From Schmidtea polychroa (lineage: Eukaryota): a stretch of DNA of 64,000 nt. The translations under genes were made by a program, and so were the position numbers. The notes under the pieces are model-generated. The model was not told the origin of the DNA. It saw only the letters and a program-made list of their open reading frames with translations, and did not search any database. The DNA lies in the NCBI GenBank assembly GCA_044892525.1, contig CM097885.1, forward strand, positions 29,328,001 to 29,392,000, written 5' to 3'. This document shows, piece by piece, positions 49,890 through 64,000 of the stretch (its first letter is position 1; each line of letters starts with the position of its first letter).

Positions 49890-51231
49890 TGTGCTCTTGC
49901 TTCGTTTTCTCGATCTCTTCTATTGGCCACTTTAGTTGTATACCAAATTGTTTTGCAACTCTATAACACCAATTACCTCTAGAGTCATATATCTTACTAT
50001 CGTAAATTTTACCCTTTTTTCCTGCCATTTATTCCTATTTCTAATATAGGTTTACCTTTCGTTTTTAAAACACTATTATTTGCACATCTCAATGTATCAG
50101 CCATTGTTGTTAGTTCTACATCTTTAAGTTTCTCAGATTTGCTCCAACTCATGACATTTACTGTAGCTCCTGTATCGAGTAAGCATTTTATCTTCTGGTC
50201 TTGTATGGTAATAGTTACACTTGGTCGGCCTTGGATTTTATCATAACTAATAATATAATTTTTACATCCATCTAATATGAGTATTTGTATTCTTTCTCTT
50301 TCTCTTTCTGCAAAATTCTTTTTTATGAATCTGTTTACTTTACTTATTACATTATTTTCTTCTTCCGTTACCCCTGTATCTTTCACATCTTTTCTATAAT
50401 ATATGATATTTTACTTTTATTATAATAATTAATAATTTGGAGTCAGCATCGCTGTTTAATACACTGGCCGACTATATCCTCTTCTATCGGGTATTCTTCC
50501 ATTTGGGTATTTCTCTCCAAATTTGTGTAACAATCTACCTCTTTATGACCTCCCAAGCTACACCTCGTACAACTTATTTATTGACAATCTCTTCTCACGT
50601 GTCCCGGGGTACCACGCATAACATTCGACTACCTTTCTCTGCATCTGTGGACACGGACTTCTTACATGTCCTTGTCTTCCACATGTACAACATGTAATTG
50701 CCTTCTTTGTTATGGAATCTCTACTCAAATGTCCTACCTTGTGACATGTCCAACATTCGTTCTTAGTTCTGTTCGGTTTTTCTTCTCGATACTCTCTCGG
50801 CTCGCTATTATATCATGGTGATACAATATTTCTTGCTTGATTTGTAACAGCGTCTCTGTAATTTCTTATATTCTGTTCTGGCCTTCTTTCTCTCACTGCA
50901 TAGATCTTTTCTGCAACTATACGAGACTCATGTAACTTCTTGATTTTTTTCTTCGCTTCTTTTATTTCTTTGGTGTCACTTAGACTCAATTCTCGTTTCA
51001 AAGTCTTCTCGGCTGCACAATGTACCAGCAGATATTCGGTTAAACTTTCCTTGTTTAACTCATGCCCCAATATTTTATCGACTAACTCGTCTATGATAGT
51101 AAAATATTTATCGGGCTCCTCACTCGTCTGTCTATAAGACATAGCAGATTGTAAATCCTCTGCCAAACTTGTTTTTGACGAATGCCTTCCGCAATCTTTC
51201 CTTATAACATTTGATATTTTGGTCAACTCCA

Positions 51232-51232
<1 letters not shown>
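49890..51232 (-). pseudogene. Gypsy gag-protease remnant ending at a (TA)n tract
   Basis: CWTCHKVGHLSR knuckle, GRPSV..KCLLDTGATVNV protease; frameshifted. Confidence 0.85.
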
Positions 51233-51272
<40 letters not shown>

Positions 51273-51276
<4 letters not shown>

Positions 51277-53885
51277 ACAGACTGTGACAGTCCTTGCTAA
51301 GATAGAAAAAATTAATCAAAATATTAATCCAAATTAATATCTTCTAAATAAATCATCAGATATCACACATAAAATGAAAAATATATTAATGAATTGCTAA
51401 TTATAAAAAGAAATAGATATAGGTTTAATCTCAAGGAGAAGATTTCTAAGATTCTAAATAATGAAAAGAATTTACAAAAACCTACAATGAATAATTTTAT
51501 TAAAATTTTTCCAAGGCAACTAGTAACTAATAACCCCGAAATAATTAAATATATACCCTTTTTCCATGAAAATGACTCTTCTAATCCTTTTGACATTGAT
51601 GAGATAAATTATATCTTCACACAACTAGATAATACATCCCCTGGTCTTACTTCTGTCTACCTGCAATAATATCCTTCAGAACTGTACTTGTCCATCTAGT
51701 TCGAAGACCTTCAGAACAAAACTTATCCTAAAATCAGGAAAAAGTGAAGTAGCTCATAAAACAAGCTCTTGGAGACCAATATCTATTATGAATTCTGCAT
51801 ATCGTGTTTCATCTATTTCATCACTATTCAATAATAGACTCATTGGATGGATCAAAGAGGGCAATCTGATATATAACAACCAAAAAGAGATTGGCGCCTC
51901 TGATGGCTGATCCAACTTGATCCTCCAACTCATTAAGGACTCATCATTTCGAAACAACTCTGACCTCCATATTATATGGCTTGACATCTCCGATGACTTC
52001 GGCTCACTGCCACACGACCTAATCTGCCATACCCTCTCCACTATGGGCCTCCAACCTAGCTCTATAAAACTAATAAGGAACATGTATAATAATTTCAGCA
52101 CGAATTTTGATTGTGAAGGAGTAAGGTCAACCTTCATTCCCATCCTAAAAGGAGTAGAGCAGGGCTGTCCCCTATCTATGACTCTTTCTGTCTCTTGATT
52201 GACTATTTACTGAAAAATATCTTAATAAGTCACCCATTTGTCTTCAATGGTATGAATGTTGATATCCTAGCATATGCCGATGACATTGTGCTGGTATCAG
52301 ACTCTTACCCATCCATTAACTCTGCTTTTCTCAAAACTGTACGTCTCGCCTCAATTGCTAATCTCCATTTTAAACCCTCAAAATCTGGCTATTATAGCAT
52401 TGACCATAAACTTAATTACGCACCAATAAAACTGTATAACGAATTTATCCCAAAAATTGATGACTCCAACCTGTATCTGGGCGTCGACTTTACTCACAAA
52501 GGGAGACATAATATAGATGAAAAACTTGACTGTGCTGTTAGTGATACTAAGAAAATATTAGAATCACATCTTTATCCATCCCAAAAAATAAACACCTTCA
52601 AAGTTTTTGTACACTCGCGTCTCATTTTTCCGTTTCGGAACTGTGAAATACTCCATAACGTTCTTGACTCCCATAAAGATAATATCATTAAATTCAGGAT
52701 ACCACAAAAAAGGTTTTGACCAAAAAATTAGAAAATTAATGAAAACATCTTTAGGAGATCGACTACTACAAATTTATAATAACTTCTTATATGCTTCAGT
52801 AAAAATTGGTGGAATGGGACTTACAGCGCCCATAGATAAATATCTTATCCAAAGTGTAATACATCTTGCTCGCGCCTTAAATTCTTCTGATATTAGCTTC
52901 CGCAACCTTGTTCTCACGGAACTAACTATAGCAAGAGGTTAAAGGAACCTCGAAGCCGCATTACTATGGCTCAATAGTATTACTTCTAAACATTTTCCTA
53001 CTAAATCCTTGTCAAAATTCAGAAAATCTGTCGATCTACGTCGTAAATACGAAATTCATGTGAAAATTGTCCTGCTTGACGAAAAATACCAACTAGAAAT
53101 AAAATATAAAGAACGTATAAATTATTTTATTGATTCCAATCTCAAAAATACTTCTTCCGAACTTCACTCCATAATAGGCCTCATACATGCTGAGAGATGG
53201 ATAGCACTAACTTGCCAAGGCCATATTGCTAAATCTATATGTAATAGTATCACAGCTGACTACCTTACTAAACTGATATTCTCATGACGCCCAATACCTC
53301 TTTTTACTTCGCGCACGAAACAACCTTCTTAATCTAAATTTCACCCCACATAGACTAAAAATGAAAAAAGATATTCTATGTAGACAATGTCATTCCCACT
53401 CAGAAACACAGACTCATATCTTTCACCAATGTCCTGCAAAAATAAATGCGCGCAGGAATAAACATGACCGTGTACTGGGGTCTGTTTGTGAATCCCTCAT
53501 TAATCTAAACTTTAAAATAGACATTGAACAGTCACCTCAGGGAATTAACACAACCCTTAAACCTGACTTACTCATCAGGTCATCTAGGAACAAACTTACC
53601 CACATTCTAGATATCAAAGTATCCTATGAGCAAAGGGAAAGCTTTAAACAGGTAAACAATGATAATTACGCCAAATATGCAAATATTGCAATTGAAATCG
53701 AAAAGGTCCATAAAGTGAAAACCACTTTATCGGCATTAATAATAGGTACTCTGGGATCATGGGAACACAGGTATTGAGTAAAATTGGACTAACAAAACCG
53801 GAAATTAAAAGCTTGACAAGGAAAGCATGCACGCTGCAGTGATTAGCAGCAATCGCATCTTCAGAGAACACACTCTGAAAGATTA
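51273..53885 (+). mobile_element. 5'-truncated non-LTR retrotransposon with restriction-like endonuclease (R2/NeSL/R4 group), decayed
   Basis: SWRPISI, LDISDDFGSLPH, GVEQGCPLS, AYADD, YLGV, GGMGL, CRQC..ETQTHIFHQC, KHD, KPDL..LDIKV, IGTLGSW. Confidence 0.92.
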
Positions 53886-56800
53886 ATATTATTATTTATA
53901 CTTATGTATTCAAAGCATACCCACTATTTATTTGTGTTATATGGTTTATTATACTAATATAATTCAAACCCTATAAATCACTGTAATCACATAATGAAGT
54001 TTCATAATTATGTATTTTTTTTGTTTTTTTCCTTTTCCCTTAATTCCACACATCAGCATAAACCATTAAATATATTATTGTACTATATATATAAATATAT
54101 CCAAGCATATATCATATCTATTTGTATTTTATGGCCTATTATATAATTAGTAAATCATTGAGATCACCACCTTGGGATAAAATTACATAAATTAAATTAT
54201 TTAACCCATAAATTACATGTTTTGTTTACCTTCTTTATAATAACCAAATAACCTTAAATAAATATATAATATCCTTCAAATAATGTTAATAAAATAAATA
54301 AATAAAGAAAAAAGTAAAAAGATGAAAAAAAATTAAATAATAAAAATCATAAATAATAATAAAAATTAATTAAGTAAAAACTTATTACCAGTAGGTAATT
54401 GTAGGAATCCTTGTAGGGATTCCGCCTAACTGATAATATTTTTTAGTTGTTCGTATTGCTACTATAACACTATCCTATAACTATTACCTTCTAATCCATA
54501 TTATAATAAGTATTAACCATAAACGTTACAAAATTCACAAATGGAGTCTTCCTACTCCAACTAATACCCTTTTAGAAAACAAGAATAACCAAGTAATCCA
54601 AATAAATGAATGAGACAATGTCCGGAGTTTCATGACGACCGTGGCTTACCATGATTACCCGTTATCCTGCCCGATTGAAGTGTTCCGAAGAAACCACGTT
54701 TGATGCGGGAGTTTTTAACTCTAACATCCAAAATTGAAAAGAATAAAAGCTACAGTTTTCATAAGGGTGAGAATCAATCTCCCCTTTGGCAGGATGCCAG
54801 AATGTTTGAATAAAAATAAATTTGATTTTTTTAGGTAACCAAAACCACCCGGAGAGGGGGTTTGCAGCGGGGAGCTACTAACTACCTACTGGCTTTTTTT
54901 TCTTTTCCAAAAGACTATCCAATAAGTGGGAAATATCCCTTATTTTTATTAATTTGTCAATAATATTCTGAGAATGAGCATGTGGTCATAATGAGTTCTA
55001 AGAGGTGAATTTATTCACATTCGTAGTTTAGGAAAGATTCAGACTGAATTTGAGGAACTTTCTTCATAAATAATTAGTTATAACATACTAAAAATACAAG
55101 ATAAAAATTTCTTCTTTCAACATAAGCAATTTAAAAAATATTTCACATGCTAGAGCGAATTGTGACAAATGAAGTGAACATAATCTATAAATTTATTAAA
55201 ATATATTTCTTTAATTTTTTAAAAAATCTTTAAAAATTCTATAATATTTATGCGATATAAATTCTTTGAATAATTTATAATATGTTTTAGAAAAAAATCA
55301 ATGTGTAAAAAAATTAATTTTTATTTAATAATATTTACATAGAACGCATAGGCGTGAGTTTCTATATCCAAACATCTAAACCCTCTTTATCTATGGAAAT
55401 ATGTATTGTTATTTACAGCGTCATTGTTTCCCGAGAGAATTCTTTCATCGCCAGCAACAATTTAAATCAGAGTACGGCATGAAGATTATAGCAATTTCTT
55501 TGTACAACTAATTAAAAAATTACCAGTTTCAGTGTTATCAGCGACAAAGATAACTGAATTTTTACTGGCATGGGCAATATGTTCAAGTACCTGTAAAACA
55601 TTAACAACATTATTTTCAGCTTTCTTTCTGCAATAGACAAATTGACCAGTTGACATCCCTTCAACAGCAATAAATGTTTGCATTACATCAGAGCGCAATT
55701 GAAAATCATTTTATCGACATTAAGTCAATTGAGCTATGCTTTGGTTTTAATATTAATATAAAATGTTGTTATATTCATTCTCATTTTTTTTCATTTAATA
55801 TAACTATTTTAAATTATCTTTTAGATTTAATGATTAATTTATGATAAAAAAGTAAAGTATTTTTTCATTTAATTAATTTATTTATCAAATTTCAGTGTTT
55901 TTATATTTTATTTTAACACTTATCACCATTTTCTCTTTGATTCCAAGAATATGGCCTATTCCGTAAAATTCATGACTAATTTCCTTTGCACCTTTAATCT
56001 TCTTATATCATCTATGGATATGCTTTAGAAAGGTTTTATAAATTAATTAAAGTTTGATTAGAAAACACACATTATTAATCAATTCCGAAGAAGCATCCGA
56101 TATATATTCATACATATTTATATTTCGTTTAACAATTGAAAATTTGGAGCTTATTCAATGTCTAACTGTGTATAATTTTTATTATAGAAATGTTGTGGAC
56201 CATGTTTGTGTGTATTTATTTATTTTTCTTCGAACATCGATTTTTTCTATTTTTTAAAGTGTAAGACCCTTTTTATTGTCAGTGATAAAATTCAATGTCA
56301 TTCAATTCAATGGCTATGACACACACATTTATTATAGGTCAGTTTTATTTATATTATGAAAAGCTAAATCAATGCCATAGAGAAGTTTATCAATTGACGG
56401 TTGATGTATTTGCTTGTATTTATAAGCATCTTTGAATTCAGCTTGAACCAATAAACCACCTTTCCTTCATCGTAGATAATATCTCTAAGAACTCACTTGA
56501 ACAATCAATTTCTTTCATCATAATCTTCAGCCCTCAATTTAGCTACTTCTTTACGAAACTAAGTATGTGCCTTGAATATTGATCCTCGACCCCTTTTTTG
56601 TTTTAAATTTAGAATTCTTATGTCCGTTATTTTATTTTTTCCATAAAATAATGTAAATTTAAATTTAATCGAAAGCAAAGCAAATTTGAGTTTTAACAAT
56701 ATTATGTTGCTAATATTAAAAAAATTTTCAAATTCGATTTTCGAAAAGTAAAACCAAAGTTTTCGTACATTTATCGGTTATAGAAAATTAATTTATAATT

Positions 56801-57049
56801 TACAATAGTTAATCAAAAATTATATAATTTAATAAAAAACTTTAATATATTTTGAAAATTTTTTAATGCGTTCATATGTTTCTATGTAAGTGTATGTCAG
56901 TTAAACTTATGCATTTTAAATATTTTTAAAAAGGTATAGTTTGTTTTTTCTTTTAAAATTGTGCCATCAGAGACACAAATTATGGTGTTTCCATTCGTTT
57001 TTTCTTTTCTGAAAGCAAATTAAATTATTATAAATATTTTGAAATATAA

Positions 57050-58031
57050 AAATATATAGGTCAACTTATTGATTTTCTATATAAGTAAAAATACTTGGAA
57101 AAATCTTTAAATTTATGTAGGTTACACAACTTTATTATAGAAATAAAATTAACATGTAAAATGTAGGGATATTTATCATGAAAAATTATTTTATTATAGG
57201 AAATCAAATGTATATATCTTATTAAATATTCAAGGATATTTACAGGAAAAATTTTCCCAAATCAAAATTTCCCAAAAAATAAAATCTCAAGAATAAATTT
57301 CTCCAAATATCCCAAAATCAAAAAAATAAATTTCCGAACTCTAACTTTTTATGAAAAAACTTTTATATCAAGATTTCACCATAAAACAAGTTGATGTACA
57401 TTTATTACAAAACCACAAGATTAAAATCATTAGTTAATTTAAATTTTAATTAAAGAATAAAATAAAAGATTATTGGTGGGGAAAAATACAGTCTTGTATT
57501 TAGATAATATTTAGGAAACTATGAACTGGATGCCTATGACAGTGATATGATGGAGCAAAAACTAGTTCGAGATGATCAAAATAGTCTGGATGAAATATTT
57601 ACTAACCTTTTTGATTTTAATGAAAATGATTTGTTTTAAAAATTTATTATTCAATTTTTAATTTGAATTTACAACCTACCGCGCCAGCTTTTTCGGAGTG
57701 GGCAGGTTGCTGATAATTTTAATCTTTGTATTTTTTTAATAAATGAACATCAGCATGTTTTGTGGTGAAATCTTGATACATAGGTTTTGTCATAAGATTT
57801 GTAAAATTTTGAATTTGGAAATTATTTTAAAGACTTTTAATTTTGGGAATTTTTTGAGTTTCCTATAAATATCCTTGTATATTTAATAACAATACGGTTG
57901 ATTTTCAATAATAAAATAATTTTTTATAATAAATATCCTTACAAGTTTACATATAAAGTGGTGTGACCTATATAATTTTAAAAATATTTTCAAGTATTTT
58001 TATTTATATTATTCCATTTGACCTACATATT
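57050..58031. mobile_element. Old fold-back element with long imperfect inverted arms (~57050-57430 and ~57710-58031)
   Basis: Paired blocks such as taggtcaa/ttgaccta, caaggatattta/taaatatccttg, atcaagatttcacca/tggtgaaatcttgat. Confidence 0.8.
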
Positions 58032-59163
58032 CATTTCTTATGCTTTTATTCACTGTCTCCCCATGTATTAGAGAATACGAATTTATATCTATAATATCAG
58101 TTTATCTGTTTGATAATATATGAAAGTTGTTATAATATGGCATTTGATGATGATGTTATTCATTGTCTCGACATTTGTTAAAGCATACGATTTTAATATA
58201 TAACATCTTATATTATGGGTTGACTATTTATTTTACAGTTTTATCAAATTAATGTTCTATAATCTTTCCAACATTTGGTAGAAAATATTCAATTGTAAAT
58301 ATTCTAAATGGACTTTGTCGAGTATTAACATTAATTTTCTTTTTATAATAGTCTTTGGCTACCTTTGTCATTGAAAAATAGAAAATCATAATTTCTTGGT
58401 ATCATCATAAAGTGTATTAAATGTTAAACAAAAAAATGATAAGATAAAACAAAATTTTCACATAATAATTATTTTGCAGTAAAAGCTTATTTTAGTATTT
58501 ATTTAACATTCACAGACCATTAGGGTAACACTTTCGTTGCTGCACTTGTAGAATATATTTTATTTTCAATAATATAATTGATATTATTTTAAATATATAT
58601 TAAAAAGGATGGGAATATTTGTTAACCTTTTTCATCAAATTAGCAATTTTTCTGCAAATATTATTCATTCAAACGGGACAATCGACATACTACTGTGGCA
58701 TATAAATATGCAATTACTCAAAAAACTGAAAAAGAAAACCGTAAAATCTAAGTTAATAACATAAAATTGACTAGCATAATTTCATTCAATTTAGCTTTCC
58801 GATTTTCCTAAAAGAATCTACAACTTGTGAACTAAAACAAATTTTCGAACAACAAATGAATAATAAATGTTGCCATTTTGTTCATGGATGAAATATCATA
58901 AAACATTATTTCAAGCAAAACTGTTGTATTATAGTATTTGTATTATAATTATTGGAAAATACACTAAATATATAATTTACTCTCACGTCCAATATTTATA
59001 TGAAAATTATAATAAAACGTTATTGTCAAAAATCCTAATAAATAATTAATTAATTAAATACTATAGGATCGGAGTTTCAATAGAGATATGATTTCTATAG
59101 TATATAATCTATACAACATTTCTTTTATAATTGTTATAAATATATTTTTCTTATAATAATATC

Positions 59164-59325
<162 letters not shown>

Positions 59326-61371
59326 AATAATGTTTAAAATATCACTATTGTTGCTTGTAAAATTTGCTCTTTTTATAAAATAGAAGGAAAAGTGGAATAA
59401 TAATCAACAAAACTAAGCCAGGTAATTGAAAAATATTTTAAAAAATAATATTCCGCGAATTCATTTTAATTTAGCTCATACAAACACAATTTATAAAAAT
59501 AAATATTAACAGGAATTTTTTATGAAAAATAATTTTAATGAAGAAAATCTTTCCTTATGAAAATAAATTAAAAAGTCAAATCGAAGCTTAATTGACTGCA
59601 ATAGATTTTTTTAATGAAAGTTTTCGATTTTCCTTTTTTCATTGAACAAAAGTTTTGTAATTTAATATTCTAAGTGCATTTTCTTGTATCAAAATCAGAC
59701 ATAATTTGACTTAAAGAAAAACTACTACTAAATGTCTACAGTTTCTAAAGACTATTCAAATTTTTTTAAACTTGTTTTAAACAAATTATAAAGTGAATTC
59801 GAACAAAAAATCAATGATGAAATTTAATTTATAAACCAGTCAAATTAATAAGTTTATTCAAAGTAACATTTTCTTTCAGTATTTTTCTTTCTTAACCACA
59901 ATTTTTCGCATAACCACTATCATAATAATATTGTTGTATCCTTGTAAACATATATTTTTACATTGTAGAGCACAGTGAAAAAACATATATGATATTAAAT
60001 TAGTGGTAAAAATACAAAATTATTTACAATAAAATTAATAGCTTTATATATAAATTTCAAATATTTTATAATAATTTTTAAAATTTAAAAAATCTCATTA
60101 TCTGTAACATTTTGTTAGAGTTATACAAAAAGATGTGCAATTAAAAATTAAAATGTACAATAAATTGTGTAAAACAAAGGAAAAAGTTAAATTTAGTAAC
60201 AATTCAAAAAACTAATTAAGTGCTAAAAAAGTTAATAAAAAATGCAAAAATTTGAAAAATTAATATTTTTTGAGGGAAATGAAAAGACAAAAAGATTACG
60301 GTAATTTTAATTTGATAAGAGGTTAAAGGCTATATTATTTAAGAAATGTTGACTAATTAATTAATTTAATTTACTGTTGTTCATGGCATCGTAATTAAAT
60401 TACAAAAATTCAAAGCCTATTGTTAAGGAAAATTGGTAGATTTTTAAATTTTACTGACGTTAAATATTTTAATTTGTTTGATATGGTCTTCCTTAGAGTG
60501 ACTTGCTGCTGGTTTAATCAAAAAGAAAGTATTGGAAATATGATATTGTGACTATTGCTATTTGAAAATTGAATAGTGATTATTTCTGTTTGACAATAAA
60601 TCTTATTGTGTTGGGTTTCTTTGTTTTAATAAAGGACGCGTAGAGTGAGAAGTAATTATTTTTCTGTCAAAAATATTTTAAAACCAATCACTAGAAGATT
60701 TTTATTTAGTATTTTTGGATTTTGAAAATTATTATTTACAATGGCAGTTTAAAATTGAAACTTTACATTTTTCATGTGTCGGTAATATAAATGGAAAACA
60801 TGACAAAATATACTCCATAGCTAATAAATCATTAGGATATGTAATCAACAAATTTTTGTACGTACGTCTGTAAGCCCATAACTTTTATCGAAGTTGGTAT
60901 AGTTATATATAGCAATACTATTACAGACATATTCCGTTATAGCTAAGTTGCAAACAAATATTCTTAGTTAAATTAGTTAACAAAAAAATCAAAATAAGTA
61001 TTATTTTAAAATATATATTTCATTTCAAAGATAATTTATAATTAGATTTAGTTTCATTTTAATTTACAATATTATAAATAATGTTTTTAGAAAATACCAA
61101 TATAATTTAAACTAAATAAATCACCTATATTTTAAAAAATAATTATTTTTGTTCTTTCACATGTTATTTATGTTTCTTGTAAATTTCCAATTTACAATGA
61201 TTGATAGGATGAACAAATTTTCAACTAGTGAGTTATAAGCCGACAATTTGTATGTTACATTTATGTGACACTATTGTAGGTTTTTTAAGAGTAGAGAAAT
61301 ATCAAAGCGCAAATAACTTAACATCATGTATAATTTTATTTGCATTTGATGGCTGAGAATATATCGGAATA

Positions 61372-62339
61372 TACACCTAACCGCGAAAGTTAACATTGTC
61401 TATAATATACGTTGGTGTGCACACCACCTGAGGTGAGTCACCAATTATATGACAATGTTAACTTAATTTCATTTTTTCATTTTTCAAAAATCATTTTAAG
61501 GTAAGTTTTTGAATTGAAGTATTTTTTAGGACTTGAATTTTGATTTTATATAATTATGAGATCATTATTCAAGTTCTTAAATATTACTGTTAGTCAGCAT
61601 TTATAATATTGATAATATATAACATTGATAATTAAATTTCAGGTGTTTTTTAGGAATTTTATGGTATTTTATTTGGATTTATTTCGTAAAAATGTAAGTT
61701 AGATATTTTTATAATTATAAATAAGTAAAGTAATCACCAATCATTTATTTTTTAAAGACATTTAGTAAAGAATGGATAAAATATTTTTTAAGTTTTTTTA
61801 ATCTTCTTTCGAATTTTGTCTATTTCTGTAATTCTATGAAAATATTAATTTGTTAAAATAATTTATTAAAATTTACGATTTGCGATTTTTTTCCTGCAAA
61901 TTCAAAGATGTCGAAGGATCTTCTTCAATATCTGTAAACCTAAAGAAATTTTATATTCTAAATTATTTTATAATTAAATCTTACGATGTATTTACTTCTT
62001 TTTCCCTAAAGCTCAAGGTAGAGCAGTCAGAATCTGATTCAAAAGTTTTTTTGTACATAACTTTTTAAATAATTTGAAAATATTGATATGTTAATTATAT
62101 GTTAATCAATGTTTATTTCGCATGAAAAACACTTTACTTAATTTTGTATGTATTTTTCATTATGTGTGCTGTGCTTGTATGCTTAATTATTTTCTCTCAC
62201 TTTTTAGATTTCTATAATAAATATGTTAAATTTCGCACCATAAAATTTCTACACACAGGTAAGTTTGTGTGTTCCTATAATATATATTTATTGATTTTTT
62301 TTAGATTATAGATAATGTTATATTTCGCGGTTAGGTGTA
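61372..62339. mobile_element. TIR element (MITE) copy A
   Basis: TACACCTAACCGCGAAA ... TTTCGCGGTTAGGTGTA, imperfect pairing to ~35 bp. Confidence 0.85.
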
Positions 62340-62465
62340 TTCATCCAAAGAATCTGAATGTATGCATTTATTAAGTATGTATGGATGCATTAAGTAGTAT
62401 AACAAATCGAAATTGGAAATGGTATATTTATAAATTTACACCAACAAACCCAAATTCATTTAGGC

Positions 62466-63534
62466 TACACCCAATTCCGAAATTGAGTAACCTCTATAAT
62501 TCACGTTGGTGTGCACACCAGTTGAGTGAGTCACCATTTACGTGAAAATGAAGTTACTCAATTTCATTTATTCTATAATTTATTAGCAACAAAAATTTTT
62601 TTCAGGTAATTTTTTTACTTTCAAGTATATTTTAAGACTTGAATTTTGATCTTATATAATTATGAGATCATTATTCAAGCTCTTAAATATTTGCTGTTAG
62701 TCATCATTTATAATATAATATATTAATAATTAAATTTCAGGTGTTTTTTTAGGAAATTTATGATATTTTATGCATTAATATGGAATTATTTCGCTAAAAT
62801 GTAAGTTAGATATTTTTATATTTATAAATAAATAAAATTAATCACCAAACACATTTATTTTTTTAAGACATTTAGGGAAAAATCGGCGTACATGAACGAA
62901 ATAGTTTTTTAAATTTTTATAATATTCTTTCTGCAGCTCATTTTCGATGGCTTCTTTGACAATGTCAAATCTGCTTGGGAAGGACATTGAACTGAAGCCG
63001 TATTTTGTCATTTTCTGTATATCTATCAAAATATTAATTTATTAAAATAATTTATTTAAATTTACGATTTGCGAATTTCTTTCTGTAAATCAAAAGATCT
63101 CGAAGGACCTTCCATATTTGAAATACTGCCTTCACACATACTATAAAATATTTTAATGTTTTGTAATTTAATGAATAAAACTTACATTGTATTTTCTTCC
63201 TTTTCCCTAAAGCTCAAGGTAGAGTTGTCGGAATCTAGATTAAAATTATTTTCTTCCATTTTTTAATAATTTTAAAATTATATTTTAACAATATGTTAAC
63301 AGTTATTTGATTCGGAACAAAAACCTATATAAGAATTTTGCATGTATTTTTCATTATGTGTTTTGTGTTGGTGTGTTCAGTTATTTTTTTCTCACCTTCA
63401 CAAAATCTATAATAAAGTTTCTAAATTTCGGAATGATAAATTTCAACACACAGGTAAGTTTGTGTGTTCCTATAATATATATTTATTGATTTTTTTTAGA
63501 TTATAGAAGTTATTAAATTTCGGAATTAGGTGTA
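62466..63534. mobile_element. TIR element (MITE) copy B, diverged relative of copy A in the same orientation
   Basis: TACACCCAATTCCGAAATT ... AATTTCGGAATTAGGTGTA; colinear internal similarity to copy A. Confidence 0.85.
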
Positions 63535-63756
63535 TACATTTAGGCTTTGTGATACCACCTGTAATAATTAATGGATGACCGCTTGGAGGCGAACATTTGC
63601 TCAGAGTGTCATTAAGACACAATAATTTCGCTCAGCTAATATTAATTAAATATACTTTAACTTGAGCTTCTTTTTTATCATAAGAATTTGTGATGTGTTT
63701 CATCTTATCATATGCAACAGATTACAATAATAGTAATAATCATTAAAAATAATAAT

Positions 63757-64000
63757 AGTAGTAGGATTGGTCCCCGCCAGATCAGGTCCCCTCCAGATCA
63801 CATATACCCCCTCCCCCCCCCGGGAAAAAATTTTATTTTTTTTTTAGAACGATGCCTAATATTTTTAGAACTATTACGTAATTTTTTTTAAATTAAGTGA
63901 TCCAGCGGGGACCTACTTTTTTTTCTTCCCAAAAGTAATGTTCCCGCCAACAAATTTTATTAACCGATACCTCATCTTCAAGCTCAGTCCAAGACCTTTC
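63757..64000 (+). repeat. Polinton-like terminus, possibly the start of an element running off the right edge
   Basis: AGTAG start, then ccgccagatcaggtcccctccagatcacatataccccc..gggaaaaaatttt, colinear with ccgctagaccaggactccgctggacatcataccccc..ggggaaattttt at 36048. Confidence 0.55.

Noticed and set aside
54600..54720. Hammerhead ribozyme near the non-LTR 3' end
   Set aside because: GAAA and GUC are present on the minus strand, but there is no CUGANGA core
55330..55700. 70-aa ORF as a host gene
   Set aside because: No clear homology; FVADN could be a decayed hAT fragment, but the evidence is too weak to call

Overview
Very AT-rich eukaryotic DNA with long (AAT)n tracts and roughly 40-60 nt introns. 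This composition suggests a planarian-like invertebrate (inference only). The window is almost entirely mobile DNA, and I found no convincing host gene. The highlight is a large minus-strand Ty3/gypsy LTR retroelement (1-14199, 3' LTR beyond the left edge) with a tRNA-Trp PBS. It has one ~10-kb reading frame broken only by three in-frame stops and a 2-nt slip. The domain order is Gag (3 CCHC), two ubiquitin-like domains, a Bcl-2-like domain, a chuvirus-like class III fusion glycoprotein placed BEFORE the protease, PR, RT, RNase H, IN, then a second membrane protein with two FN3-like domains and a PPxY tail. It is nested in the RNase H region of another gypsy element. The second highlight is a 9.6-kb Polinton/Maverick derivative (36048-45689, 6-bp TSD) inside a hAT MITE. 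It keeps only pPolB and a spliced acidic gene, and its right arm is made of inverted copies of the left arm, like a copy-back defective genome. Also present: a complete hAT element with a 339-bp palindrome at its left end, other hAT, mariner and gypsy remnants, a restriction-like-endonuclease non-LTR element, fold-back MITEs and three further Polinton-like termini. All domain calls are motif recognition by eye, not database searches.
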